NCBI RefSeq assembly: GCF_032191835.1
Contig: NC_083224.1
Location: forward strand, 141,422,001-141,486,000
Length of the DNA stretch: 64,000 nt
Direction of reading: 5' to 3'
Origin: Heteronotia binoei
Lineage: Eukaryota
The notes under the pieces were generated by a model, which saw only the letters and a program-made list of their open reading frames with translations, did no database searches and was not told the DNA's origin. Positions 12,801 through 23,380 of this stretch are shown one piece after another (the stretch's first letter is position 1; each line of letters begins with the position of its first letter). Made by a program: the position numbers and the translations under genes.

Positions 12801-14218
12801 ACATATAATTTGACATATTCATTTTAGAGGAGTCTTTGGTGTGTGTTTTTAAAGAACCTGACTAACCATAATCACACACACAGCTTTTGTATTGAAATAG
12901 CACTAGCTCAGTACACATGAACAGCTAATCCCCTGCCAGAATTAATGATTAACAACAACAACAACCGTATCTCAAATTACACAAAGACTGAAAGGACTTC
13001 CAAAGGGCTCTTTGGCTCCTTCCTTCCCAACATTAATAGCAACAAAGGTTTTACCTGAGCTCTCTAGTCTGCACTTCAAGCTTTGCTTCATTTTTCAAGC
13101 AAGGCTTTAGATGCACAATAAGTAATAGTCTTTTTCTAAGCCTTTTATTGATACAACTGTTTTTTAAATTGTTCTAATTCTAACCTGCTTTGGCTGCTGG
13201 GGGAAGAGAACGGATGGAACATTTCAGATACATAAATGCAGAGCTTTTTTGAGCAGGAACGCAGTTCCGGCTGGCTTGGCACCAATGGGTGTGGCCTAAT
13301 ATGCAAATTAGTTCCCGCTGTGCTTTTTTTACCAAAAAAGCCCTGTGTGAAACAATGGTGCCATCAGGGGGTGTGGCCTGATAAGCAAATGAGTTCCTGT
13401 TGGGCTTTTTCTACAAAAAATGCCCTGCATAAATGCACACCTCTATTATTCTGAATACTAGAAACAAGAGTGTTATTTTAACATTTATGAATACCGTACA
13501 TAAAGAGTTATTTTAACATCTACGAACTTTGCTTTTGCAAGCACACAAAACCAGCAGAAACCCCGCTGTGCCTCAGTTTGCTTGGGAAAAAGCTGAAGGG
13601 CAGAGTGACTTGTGGCCTTGTAATGGAGAGCCACGTTTCTGCGCGCAGGCAGAAATTTAACTGCTGACGCTGTCACCCGCTACCGTACGAAAAGGCGGAG
13701 AAAGCCGAATTTCCACCTAGCACAGAAGCTCTAACAGCAGTACTAGAGCCCCGAAATGCTATGCCAGTCCGCACAAAATATCAGGAACCAAAAAAAGGAA
13801 GGGCTTAACTTCCCACGACGTCAGTAGCGCCCACACTGTGACTACGGATTGGCTAACCGGAAGGTTCTGCGCACCCTCGCCAATCCATGCATCTGACCAG
13901 GAGAGCTGTTTTTCGAAAGCTTCAGCTGCAATAAATTTGTTACTCTTAAAATTGCTGCTGGACGCTTTATTATTTTCCAGCAACAGACTAAAACGGCTAA
14001 CTCCTCTGAATCTCTTGCCAATCCCATCCCCCGTGGTCTCTCCACGCCCAAAAAACCCGGGGCCAGCTGCGCATGCGCACCTCGAAATCCCTGGTGTCCG
14101 AGATGGGGTTGCAGAGCGAGGGGAGTTCGCAGGGGCAGATGCTGCTGCATAAACGCAGGTGAAGGAGGAGCGCCATGGAGAGGCGCGCGCCGCCCTGGCT
14201 GCTTAGCAACCGCTTCAT
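708..14218 (-). CDS. CTBS: Di-N-acetylchitobiase (GH18), exons 1-5 of 7; 3' exons lie left of the window
   Basis: Spliced exons 14081-14218, 9341-9479, 6898-7106, 1339-1510, 708-805, all GT-AG with consistent phases. Translation includes CPC..LC..DFE|VFVF..YDWSQITTVATFGKYDPELMCYAHS..|DPAF..MDGINIDIEQ (GH18 DxxDxDxE-type motif)|VTFDVAWSP..YNYTGIADSCDFVFVMSYDEQSQ|..KKLVMGVPWYGYDY. Exon sizes 139/209/172/98 match the recalled human CTBS structure. Confidence 0.97.
1339..1510 (-). CDS. CTBS: CTBS exon 4
   Basis: VTFDVAWSPKCIDRRCYNYTGIADSCDFVFVMSYDEQSQVWTDCIARANSPYNQTLT(G); 172 nt. Confidence 0.97.
2527..2739. mobile_element. Non-autonomous hAT-like DNA transposon (MITE)
   Basis: TIR TAGGGTTGCCAG / CTGGCAACTCTA; degenerate 8-bp flanks CAGCTTTT / GTGCTTTT. 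Confidence 0.7.
3560..5849 (-). mobile_element. L1-like LINE: 5' UTR plus ORF1 N-terminus joined to an RT fragment (internally deleted)
   Basis: GC-rich start GGGGGACTTCTGG at 5849. ORF 4312-3971 (MASKKQSKK.., coiled-coil-like, as in L1 ORF1). ADDLVLY near 3800 and IKYLGV near 3610 are RT motifs. Confidence 0.72.
6221..6355. mobile_element. Foldback hAT-like MITE
   Basis: Near-perfect 135-bp palindrome CAGGGGTGGCCAA...TTGGCCACCCCTG. Confidence 0.8.
6898..7106 (-). CDS. CTBS: CTBS exon 3 (catalytic DGINIDIE)
   Basis: (G)DVPVKEIVDPAFRAAWIDQKVALAKQQYMDGINIDIEQIVNKSSAEYYALTALVKETTEAFHKEIPGSQ; 209 nt. Confidence 0.97.
8365..8492 (-). mobile_element. Sauria-type SINE, 5' fragment
   Basis: Matches the tRNA-like head of the copies at 26467, 29980 and 47929. 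Confidence 0.7.
8877..9156 (+). mobile_element. tRNA-derived SINE with L2-like tail (Squam3-like)
   Basis: GAGCCAGTTTGGTG..A/B boxes..GGGCGGGG..(TCT)n tail; closely similar to 24049-24342. Confidence 0.8.
9341..9479 (-). CDS. CTBS: CTBS exon 2
   Basis: VFVFQVGGKAWKFYDWSQITTVATFGKYDPELMCYAHSRGSRVVLK(G); 139 nt, AG/GT flanks. Confidence 0.97.
9857..10020. repeat. Short foldback interspersed repeat
   Basis: AACAAAGTAGGAGTCCAGTAGCACCTTTA ... TAAAGGTAATACTGGACTCCTACTTTGTT inverted arms; related pieces near 17570-17790 and 24880-24960. Confidence 0.6.
10393..11143. mobile_element. Non-autonomous hAT DNA transposon (about 750 bp)
   Basis: TIR CAGGGGTGTCAAA / TTTGACGCCCCTG; 8-bp TSD GTCTTTAT / GTCTATAT. 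Confidence 0.8.
11172..11935 (+). mobile_element. L2 LINE, 5'-truncated 3' end
   Basis: ..HATVTSRLDYCNALYMGLP..LQLVQNAAARLL..LHWLP.. (L2 ORF2 C-terminus), then 3' UTR GCCGCCCTGAGCCTGCCTCGGCGGG and an N-masked tail. Confidence 0.9.
13239..13427. mobile_element. MITE with internal tandem duplication
   Basis: TIR CAGAGCTTTTTT / AAAAAATGCCCTG; repeated GGGTGTGGCCT(A/G)AT(A)..GCAAAT(T/G)AGTTCC; related copy near 34887-35010. Confidence 0.65.
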
Positions 14219-14620
14219 GCCGAAGCCTTCCTTTCTTTCGAGTCAGCTCCTTCAGCGCCGCTGCTGTTGTTGGGGTTCAGCGTTCAAGCCTCCAGAAAGG
14301 CGATGGACCCAATTGTGCTGCCTCCGACCCCGAGAGCTCCCTTGCTTATTGATTTTCGAACGTAAAGGAGGGGGCGTGGCCCTGCCCGGCTGCGAGAGGG
14401 AGCGCGCTGGGAAAACAGAGGGTTGAAGTTCGAGTGAGTGACCTTTGGAGTTTTGAGTCAGGAATATCCTTATTTTTCGACAGAAAGTTAGAAAGTTCGG
14501 TCTTTGAAAAGGTTCCCTTTGAAAAATAGGGCTCTTGCACAAATCAACTAAAAGAGGGCGAACTCTAGCAAAAGCAAATGTGATGTCACAATGCAGGCGC
14601 TAGGGGAACGGGAAGCACGT
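13620..14620. promoter_or_regulatory. CpG-rich promoter region around CTBS exon 1
   Basis: Many CpGs compared with flanks. Motifs: TGCGCATGCGCA (NRF1 consensus) 14068-14079, CCAAT boxes near 13848, 13880 and 14018, ETS-like CCGGAA 13857, CRE-like GACGTCA 13817. Confidence 0.7.
14081..14218 (-). CDS. CTBS: CTBS exon 1 (signal peptide, CPC motif)
   Basis: MKRLLSSQGGARLSMALLLHLRLCSSICPCELPSLCNPISDTRDFE then GAG|GTGCGC donor. Confidence 0.9.
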
Positions 14621-15030
14621 CGCTCAGACATGGAAACAAATGCAGTTCCTTAAATGTATTGGAAACAAACTAGCCAGGAAATTCATATGCTGTTACACCA
14701 TAAAGGTCAGAAAGCGTTTCAAAAGGGGCTCGGAGAGCAGTTCCAGAGAAGCTGCATGGATTCTTTGCATCAGTTTTTATTACAGAAGATGTCACCACAA
14801 CAGTTTAGAGGGAGAATATTTGAAGAACAGCCGAATATTTTCATTGTTATAATGAATGCTGTAAATTTCCCAGAAAATTTTCATTGAGATTGCAGGATAA
14901 CAATATTTTAAATGTTTAAATGAAAGAATGGTGGGCTTCTTTAGAAATAATTGTCAGATCTGAGAGTAACAAGGCATTGGGTCCAGATGGCATACACCAA
15001 GAGTTCACATAAAATTAATGAACTCCAAAC
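14600..15030 (+). mobile_element. Old CR1 LINE ORF2 fragment
   Basis: TTCTTTGCATCAGTTTTT (FFASVF) and GGTCCAGATGGCATACAC (GPDGIH) motifs. Confidence 0.6.
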
Positions 15031-15806
15031 AAAAATGTGCATTTAAAAATCCTTCGAATGTGATTTAAAAACACCAAACATACAAATATGCAACTTGTCA
15101 CTATAATTGACTTCCTTACCTAATTAGTATCGTTGAGGATCATACTTGATCCAGATCTGAAATACTTCTGCTGCTCAACAGTACTTCTGTCTTTCTAGTT
15201 TGCATTTTAGTTGTTAAGTTCCATTAAGTCCATGCATCATTCATCCCGGGCACTGAATCAGGACTTCCACATGTGAATATAAGATAAAACGGAGTCATCA
15301 GAACCCTAAATCTGAACATATGCATGATGCAGTCAAGCTGCAAAGGAGACATTGCAGCACCCCTTATATGTCAAAGCCATGACATAGACCTGAAGTTTCC
15401 CTGTATTACCTGGAGCCAAACATCAGAAAATGCTAAAACAACTGCAATACAAACCACTTCCCCTGAATTCCACCTCAACAGAGCAATCAAAAGAATACTA
15501 TGGCCATTGTAACAAAAGCTGCTAAGAGATCTAGGGGGGTGGGGGAATAGGACACACTTTGCCCACCCATCTCCCACTGGAAGTTATCTACTAAAAGTCC
15601 TCCACCAACACAGTTCCAAAGGCAGACTAGAAGCAAAAAGGAATTAGCAGGGCTAACCTTTAGGAGTTCTTTAGAGAGTGTTATCCTCATGAGTGTGTGG
15701 TGGATGTTATAAACTTTTAATAAAGAATCTCATTAAGGACTCTTCAGTCAGTGAATATGAAGGACAAGTCCTATTGTGGACTGAGAACTGGTTAAATTCT
15801 CAGTAT

Positions 15807-15905
15807 CATAAGAACATAAGAGAAGCCATGTTAGATCAGGCCAATGGCCCATCCAGTCCAACGCTCTGTGTCACAGTGGCAAAAAAAAATTATATATATA
15901 TATAT

Positions 15906-15937
<32 letters not shown>

Positions 15938-16108
15938 TGTGCCTAATAGCCACTGATGGACCTCTGCTCCATATTTTTTATCTAAACCCCTCTTGAAGGT
16001 GGCTATGCTTGTGGCCGCCACCACCTCCTGTGGCAGTGAATTCCACATGTTAATCACCCTTTGGGTGAAGAAGTACTTCCTTTTATCCGTTTTAACCTGT
16101 CTGCTCAA
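15807..16108 (-). mobile_element. CR1 LINE 3' end with (AC)n/(AT)n tract
   Basis: Reverse complement of the 3' end of the CR1 at 62810-63075; (TTCTTATG)n tail. Confidence 0.88.
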
Positions 16109-18364
16109 TGTACTTTTATAGTTAATAATATAGTTAACACCTGTATCAACGTACTTTTATAGTTAATGCATGTTTGCATATAGACATATTTGCTAATCAC
16201 ATGGTGGAAGTACCTTCATGTAAACTTGCTCTAAATTGTGCCATAGACTATTGTTAGGAGCATCAAATGTTCGTTGTTAAAGCTTCTAATGTAACACTGC
16301 AAAATGGAAATAAATTATGAAGATGTCGCAAATATGCGACATCCCCATCTAATTGTTTGCTTTGCTTTGCCTAGTTTGCTTTGCCTAATTTTTTTTGTTT
16401 CTGCAATACACTTGTGGGAATATGTAGGTGAAATAAACAGAGATTTTAAAAAGCAGTCTCAGGAAGTCTGGGTTCTGCAGAATGAAGTCAAGTTGCCTGA
16501 TTATGGTAAACTCCACAGAGCCTCTGCTAGCCACTTTCAATTTTGCTAGCTTGCTTTTCCATTTTAAAGGCTGAGAATACAAAATTCTACAGCTAAAACT
16601 GAGATGTGCTTAGATAAAAAAAATGTATATTCTTGGGATGTGTAAAGTGCTCCTCAGTTCCTAAAAATACTGACAAAAAACAGCTCCTTCTTCAAGCATT
16701 AGATTCCATTATTTGGAGCCAGGCCATGCCAGTGGAAGTTTCCAAACCACTGTTTTTCAAGTGTCTTGTCTCCAAGCCTGATCAGTTAAACAGGATATAT
16801 AGAAAATGTTTGCATATATGAGTGTATAAAATGTTTTGACTGTTTTGCTAACCTATAGCACCAGAAATTTCTGGGATAATCCAAGTCAAAGCAAAGGTCA
16901 CAGCATCTTTAGCTCTACAAATCCACTAGTTCAGTTTGTTTATTTCAGTTTTATATATCCATCTATAATGTTATATTCTTGCTCATATTCTCCACAGGTT
17001 TTTCCAGTCATCCAGAAAGGCACTTGAAACTGTATGAAATCATGGTGGTGCTGGTTAAGCTTCTATTTAAATAAACCACATATATTTAGATAAACCTCGA
17101 ACAGTAGCACCACAGTAAAATGTATACCTTGACCATGTGTTCGTCGTAACAGAGTTCCTCATTGCCATTTTCTTGAGCTTTTAATAACAAAGCACTCTTC
17201 ATGCATGGTAATCAGAAAGCAAAATAGACTTTCTGTAAAAAGAAAAATGTTGGCTCCCATCCATGTACTAACCAGGTACTGACTAGCACGGAGTTCTAGG
17301 TGCCTGTCTACTGAGGTGATGGGGATGCCCTAAGAGAACTTAAATATACTCAAGTGCTGCCTGAGTACTACTAACAGAAAGAGATAAGTTTGTAGTTTTG
17401 TTTTTCCTTTGTCTTTTAAGATTACCAAGGGTGGCTTTAATAAGCTAGTGCTGGAAGTGGAGTTCAACAGGGAATTTAGTCATATTGAAATTGGGTGGGC
17501 TTTTACCACAAATGGTGTCAGCTTAATAGTCTTCTGGATAGGGGGCTATTCTGATGGTCCAGAGGGTAGTCATGCTGGTCTGTAGTAAAACAATTAGATT
17601 TTAGTCCAGCAGCATCTTAGAGACCAACAAGAATTTCAGGGTGTAAGATTTTCAGAGTCAAAAGCTCCCTTTGTCAGACATGAGTAGAGATCTCCATTTT
17701 TACTTATATCTGATGAAGGGAATTTTGTCACTCGAATTTTGTCACTCATGCCCCAGCACTCCTGTTGATCTCTAAGGTGCGCCTGGACTTGAATCTAACT
17801 ATTTTTATATTGTAAACTTTTCTAAAACAAGAACAAAAGGAATAGGTTCTCAGTACCCCAAAATGAACCAAACAACAAAAGCAGCCAAAAACAGACGTAT
17901 AAAAATGCATCTTAACATTAATGTTAATTAGAGAAAAATTATTTTTAGATACATAAATTGCAACAATGTTTTTATTTACTATTTGCTTTTATCAGCTTAA
18001 TTTATTTTATTGTAAGTTACCTTGAGTGCTTTTTAAAAAGAAGGGTGAGGTATAAATCATACAAAAGAATGAATAAGAAAATCTCAGGGTGCCACCTGGA
18101 ACAATTAAAACTGACCTGGGTAATGGAAGCATATATGTAACTGGTGTGAAAGGCTGCTTTATGTTACAGCCTGATCTCAATGACTACCGTATTGAGGTCC
18201 AGTTTGTATGGCTTCATAGGAATATTTTGCACCAACTGTTCAGATATTTGACTGAAAAACCTCTTTGCAAAAAATATTTGGAAGATTCAGACCATGCACA
18301 AACAAACAAGGGCTGATCTAAAGGAAAGCCTTTTTTGTTGTTGTTAAAAGGAAGGTTTTAAACA

Positions 18365-19790
18365 ATGTGATTATCGTCCATGGTTTTAAATATTTACATT
18401 CATCATATCAATTTTAATTAATGAATTTTCTTTCTCTCCCCATCAAGGAAATGGAGTGGAAGGTTTGACACTGGGCAGTAGTTGGCTGGCTCAGCAGGAT
18501 CTAAAGATTTTTTTTTTCTAAGAGTGGTCCCACCGCTGGCTTCTTCAAAAACCCTGGGAATGTCCCTGAGCTCAGGGACAAGTTGATAACTTTTCCCAGG
18601 GGAACCCATATTCCATCACTGCTGGCTTTCACCAGCCTTAAAGGACATGGGTCAAGGAGGCAAATGGTGGACTTCACAGCTACCAAAGTCCTGTCAACCT
18701 CATCCTGGGAGAGTCTGCTGAATTGGTCCAATACAGGGCAGAAGACGACCAAGGGGCCTCCAGTGCATATAGTGTGTCAATAGTGGCTGGTAAATCTTGG
18801 CAGAGTGACAAAATTTTATCTGCGAAATAGCTCACAAAAGCCTTACAGCTAATTGCCAATTTGCTGTCCTTTTGGTTTTCCTCTGGAAGGGAGGTTAAAG
18901 ACCAAATTATCCTAAATAATTGAGTTGGGCATACACTTGTGGATGTAATGGAATACACCCAGAATTCCTTCTTAGTGACTTTCAGTGCCATCTCATAGGT
19001 CCTCATAAAAAGCCTATAAGATGTTCTTGCACCTTTATCATGAGTATGCCACCACACTTGCTTTGTCTTAACTCCTGTTTCATCCTCCATGGCACTGAGG
19101 TATACCAGTTTTGGCAGGAGAACAAAGACGGCATCAGGGAGTCACCTTGTTGATGGCTTCAGAGAGTCAGCTGTGCCAATCCTTTACCAGTTCATCTAAT
19201 GAGTCACTAGAAGGCATTGGACCCTGCAGAGCATTCTGAAAACCAATTAGATCCATAAGTCTCCACAGGCAAACATAAATCAGCTTTCCACTTAAACAGG
19301 GAGGGGTTAGGATACTCATACAAGCCTTCAGGACCAAGTGGTCATACCATGGCACAACCTCAGTATAAATCTGCAATTCTTCTTCTAGATCCATGTTTGT
19401 TATCCCCATTGCAAAAATCAAATCCAGCAAGTTGCCATGGACAGCACCAGGCCTATAGTCTGGGAGGAAGTAACACCATCTGCATGGACGCTGAAGTTCC
19501 TCAGAACGAAGCGCCTAGGGTGCTCCAACATCCAGTGCAAAACCACCTCCAGCAAGCTCTACAGGGTATCTGCTGGTGCGTTAGGTGGTTGGTACATCAG
19601 TCAGATAGCCAAATTCTCCTTTGTGTCCAATGGCAGGCCAACACAATAAATGTCAGTGATTTTTGGTGTGTGACTGGCCTGAAAGAGAAAGACTTTTGGA
19701 TAAATATCACCACCCAACCCCACCCTGTAGTCTGAGACTGATGAAGAAGTGAGAAACCTGGGGAGCCAGTTGATTCAGGGCGACTGTCTC
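18365..19790 (-). mobile_element. Degraded L2 LINE ORF2 (endonuclease to RT linker)
   Basis: YQPPNAPAD.., LDLIFAMG..PWYDHL, ..VKSTICLLDPCPLRLVK..VINLSL..G.FP..LK.PAVGPLLEK..LDP..ANY.PVSNLP across frameshifts. Confidence 0.85.
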
Positions 19791-20403
19791 ATCTTCTCAC
19801 AACCAAGTCTGTGTCACACACACACCAGGTCAATGCAAGGTCCATTGCTGAACTGGCTGTCAATGGAAGCATTATGCATTGCATAGACTCTTCCAGTTGT
19901 GCCAAATCAGTCAACTATAACAATAAAAATAAAAACAGTATACATTGTATGCTGTAGAATCAATTTATCTCCTTCATTCATGCATATTACCAGCCATATT
20001 GGAAGAGTATTTTTATTATTCATAGCCTATCATTCTGTATCTTATTATACTATATCCAACAGTAACAGATAAAATAAGATTTCTTCTACACATGCCACAA
20101 TCTCAATCAGAATCAGGTCCACAGATGCCTGTGAAGGATGGAATTCTCAGTTCACTTGTGATCCAAAGGCCTCACGCTGGCCAAAAGTGTATTGTGTTAA
20201 TCAATCCAAAGTTTCATTGAAGTGTTTTTAATACTGCATCTGTGTAATAGCTTGAAACATAAATGTTGATGATCCATCTAATAGCAGCCACATTTAATGT
20301 AGTAATCTTACCAGTGATACCCAAGCAGAACATAGTCTTCCAAGAAGACAACTGAAGCCAAACTTTGAAAAACAAAAAAATAGCCCACAAACTAGAAACA
20401 CTG

Positions 20404-20637
20404 ATTTTGCACTAGGGCTTGTTCCGGGTGGAGAGACCTTTTGCCCCCGGCGCTTATCTCAGAGCTGCGAGTTGGTGCACCTCTTTTCCATGGCAAGCAG
20501 AAACCACTTGTAAGAGGATCTTGCTTGCTGCAGAAAAGCGGCATGCCAACTCCCAGCTCCAGGGCAGCTTGTGTGAAAATGGAGAGAAGTGCTGGGAGCA
20601 AAAGGGCTCTCCTCCCAGAACAAGCCTAGTGCGAAAT
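20404..20637. mobile_element. MITE with about 40-bp imperfect TIRs
   Basis: ATTTTGCACTAGGGCTTGTTCCGGGTGGAGAGACCTTTTGC ... GCAAAAGGGCTCTCCTCCCAGAACAAGCCTAGTGCGAAAT. Confidence 0.75.
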
Positions 20638-22582
20638 GGATCTCAATTTAGATTCCAGTTCCAAAAAAGGAGACATCAAAGTCTGCAACTACTGTCAGAC
20701 CATTGTATTAATTTCTAATTTCTTTAATTTCTCATATAAGCGAAGTGATGCTCAAAATCTTACAATAGAGACTCACTATATATGGAACAAGAAATGTCAG
20801 ATGTGCAAACTAGATTCAGAAAAGGGAGAAGCACTAAAGATCATACTGCAAATTTATGCTAGTTACTAGAACATATGAGAGAATTTCAGAAGAAAATCAG
20901 CTTGTGTTTCATCAATTCCAGCAAAGTTTTTGACTATGTGAATCATGAAAAATTATAGCTGGTTTTAAAAGAAAGGGGCAAAACTACATATGCTGGGGAT
21001 CTAACAGTGAAATTAGCCATAAAACAGCCACTAGGTGGGGCAATTGGATCAGAACCGCAGCACTGGGTCCTCCCATATATTTCCTCAATCAAAATCACAT
21101 ATACTGGCAAATTGGTATTGATCACAATAGGGGGAAAGGCAGCAGTATATATTATATATACATTTCACCTAGCATTGACAGAACTTCTTCATAGCTTCAT
21201 TATCCTAATATATGAGGAAATCACATTGGAAAGATTTACCATGTGAGAAATTCACATACAATTGTGTGCCACCCTTCCCTTCACCAGTCAAAGTCAGTGA
21301 TGGTGACATGGGATTTCACCCATGACTCGCCTCTTCCATATGAATTCCTCATGATATACATTGCCTGACTAGCATGGATGCAGCCACAACAGGAAACAAT
21401 GTCTATGCTGTTCCAATCATAACGAGGCTTAACACAAGCAACATGAATATAAAGTGTACTAAAGAAATTAATTAATAGATTTGTTACAGTTGTAGCCACC
21501 AGTGTGAATAACCTTGCTGTAATATACGCTCCTGCTACTTAGACTGGGATTGAATCGTACAAGAGCAATGGTACAAGCTATAGATATATAGAGGAAAGGA
21601 AAAACATTTCCAAGGAAGCCCCTGGAATCTTATGTATTTTTCATATTTAAAATATTGTCATAGGCATAAAGAGAAAACACTTTTATGAGAAAGAGGATTA
21701 GAACTGTTTGTATCAGGTCTTCACAAATACTCTTAATGTTTTCCCTAGTCACATGATGCCCTTTCTCCATGAATAGTTCCCACATGACTGGGAAAACATT
21801 TAATTGACTGAGCCATATGAATGGAACTGATCATGTAGGTTTTAATATTTTGAAGATAAATACCTTTCCCCCTCTTAAAATTCTAATGACAGTGTTGAGA
21901 ACCTGGTGTCAATTAGGAACACCAAGCAGGTGTTGAAGAGTTAAATAATTTCTCCTCTTCCTATTGGAACCTTGATCTGAAGTGGATCTGCAGCATGTGC
22001 AAATTTATCTTTTACGGACAGATGAGATGGAGATCAATGATCTTTCTCATGTTACTTTGGACCACTTGCACGTTACTGTGTCTGTAGCTGTGTCAGTTTC
22101 TAAATGCCTCTGGTTTGACTAAATTATTTCTCCTACTAATGGATTTGTGAACTGTGGAATCTTGCCAATGGTGAAGGCCTTTAGGTGGTTATATACAAAG
22201 CCAGTCAACTGTAAACTGTGTTTACTTTGCACAAAATTGGCTATAGCTGTCGCTAGAGGGAAAACAGGCCTGGTTTCAAAGATCACAATGCAGGCAAGCA
22301 TTCAGAGTTCACAAAGAAGAAAGCAATCCACAGAGATCTGAAAGAGAATTTTCCAAACTCCGAGAGAGCAAGTATAATTGCTTTTGGTGGCATGGCATAC
22401 ATTTATAAAAGTATTAGCAGCTGGTAGATGTCCTGGCAGCGACCTCTTGAAAAACTTAATGCTGTCTGATACTTCTGCATTGCCCATTGTCTTCACAGCA
22501 AACACCATATCTTCATCATTTACTCTGGACAAAAGCCATGGGGGGTAGAGTTCCACTGCATCTGTATTGTTAATGCTGACAA

Positions 22583-23380
22583 CCAGGGTCGGCGTGTGGG
22601 AGTTGGCGAACTAGGTGACGGCCTAGGGTGCTGGCTGCCACAGGAGCGCCTCCCTCCCTCTGGCACAATCAACTGCGCCCCCTTTGTTCAGTAGGATCTT
22701 CCACTGCTGCCGCCCTCTTTCCTCCCTCTCTCCCTTCGCAGTGCTGGAAGCCAGCGCCGCACTCCGCTTAACCCGCGCCCCCCCCCATTGAGCCTAGGCT
22801 GGTCCTTACCAGCTTCAATGTGGCTGCACATGACTTCTAAGCCTTTGAAGGGCCCGCGATAGGAGAGTTCACTCCACCTCATTTCCGTTTCCAGCAAGGA
22901 GGGGGAGCAAACTCTCCTTCCACATGCCCTTCAAAGGCTTAGAAGCTGTGCGCAGCCACATTGAAGCTGGTAAGGACCAGCCTCGGTGGCAGCAATGGCG
23001 GGGGGGAGGAGTGCAGCCTGGCTTGCAATGCTGCAACGGAGGGAGAGTGGGGAGGGTAAGGATCAGCCTGGGGGGGTGGACGACAGAGTGCAGGGAAGCC
23101 TGGGGGTGGGCAAAGGGAAGGGGGAGAGGGTGCCTGCTTTCTTCCCAACTTTCTGCCCACTGTCTTCCCGCTCTTTGCAAGCCTCGGCAAGATCGGGGGC
23201 AGGGAGCAAGCATGCTCAGAGCCAGTGGCTCTGAGCACTCCCGCTGTCTTCCTTGGCAAGGTGGGGGGGGGGGGGGTGCCTGGCTCTCTCCTGCTTCAAA
23301 GCGGGAGAGGGCTGAGAATAGGGGGGCCCGCACATACCACGCACAGTCTGATGATGTCATCATGACACCGTCGGGCCGTT
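22583..23380. mobile_element. GC-rich insertion, probable non-autonomous DNA transposon
   Basis: Abrupt GC-rich block starting CCAGGGTCGGC; internal 57-bp inverted repeat (22797-22853 / 22926-22982). Confidence 0.5.

Noticed and set aside
14175-14426. Plus-strand ORF head-to-head with CTBS
   Set aside because: Short, overlaps CTBS exon 1 in a CpG-rich area and has no recognisable protein features.
20943-21125. ..P...LPLSFKTSY as exon-17 relic and 20760-20845 as exon-18 relic
   Set aside because: They compete with alternative matches at 20275-20740 and 20100-20190 and cannot be resolved by eye, so they are not claimed.
22030-22130. DTVTCKWSKVT just after the exon-12 relic, suggesting an intronless (retrocopy) exon 12-13 junction
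   Set aside because: A much better, exactly 98-nt exon-13 match lies at 21488-21585 behind a pyrimidine tract, so the fossil is unprocessed and this match is probably chance.
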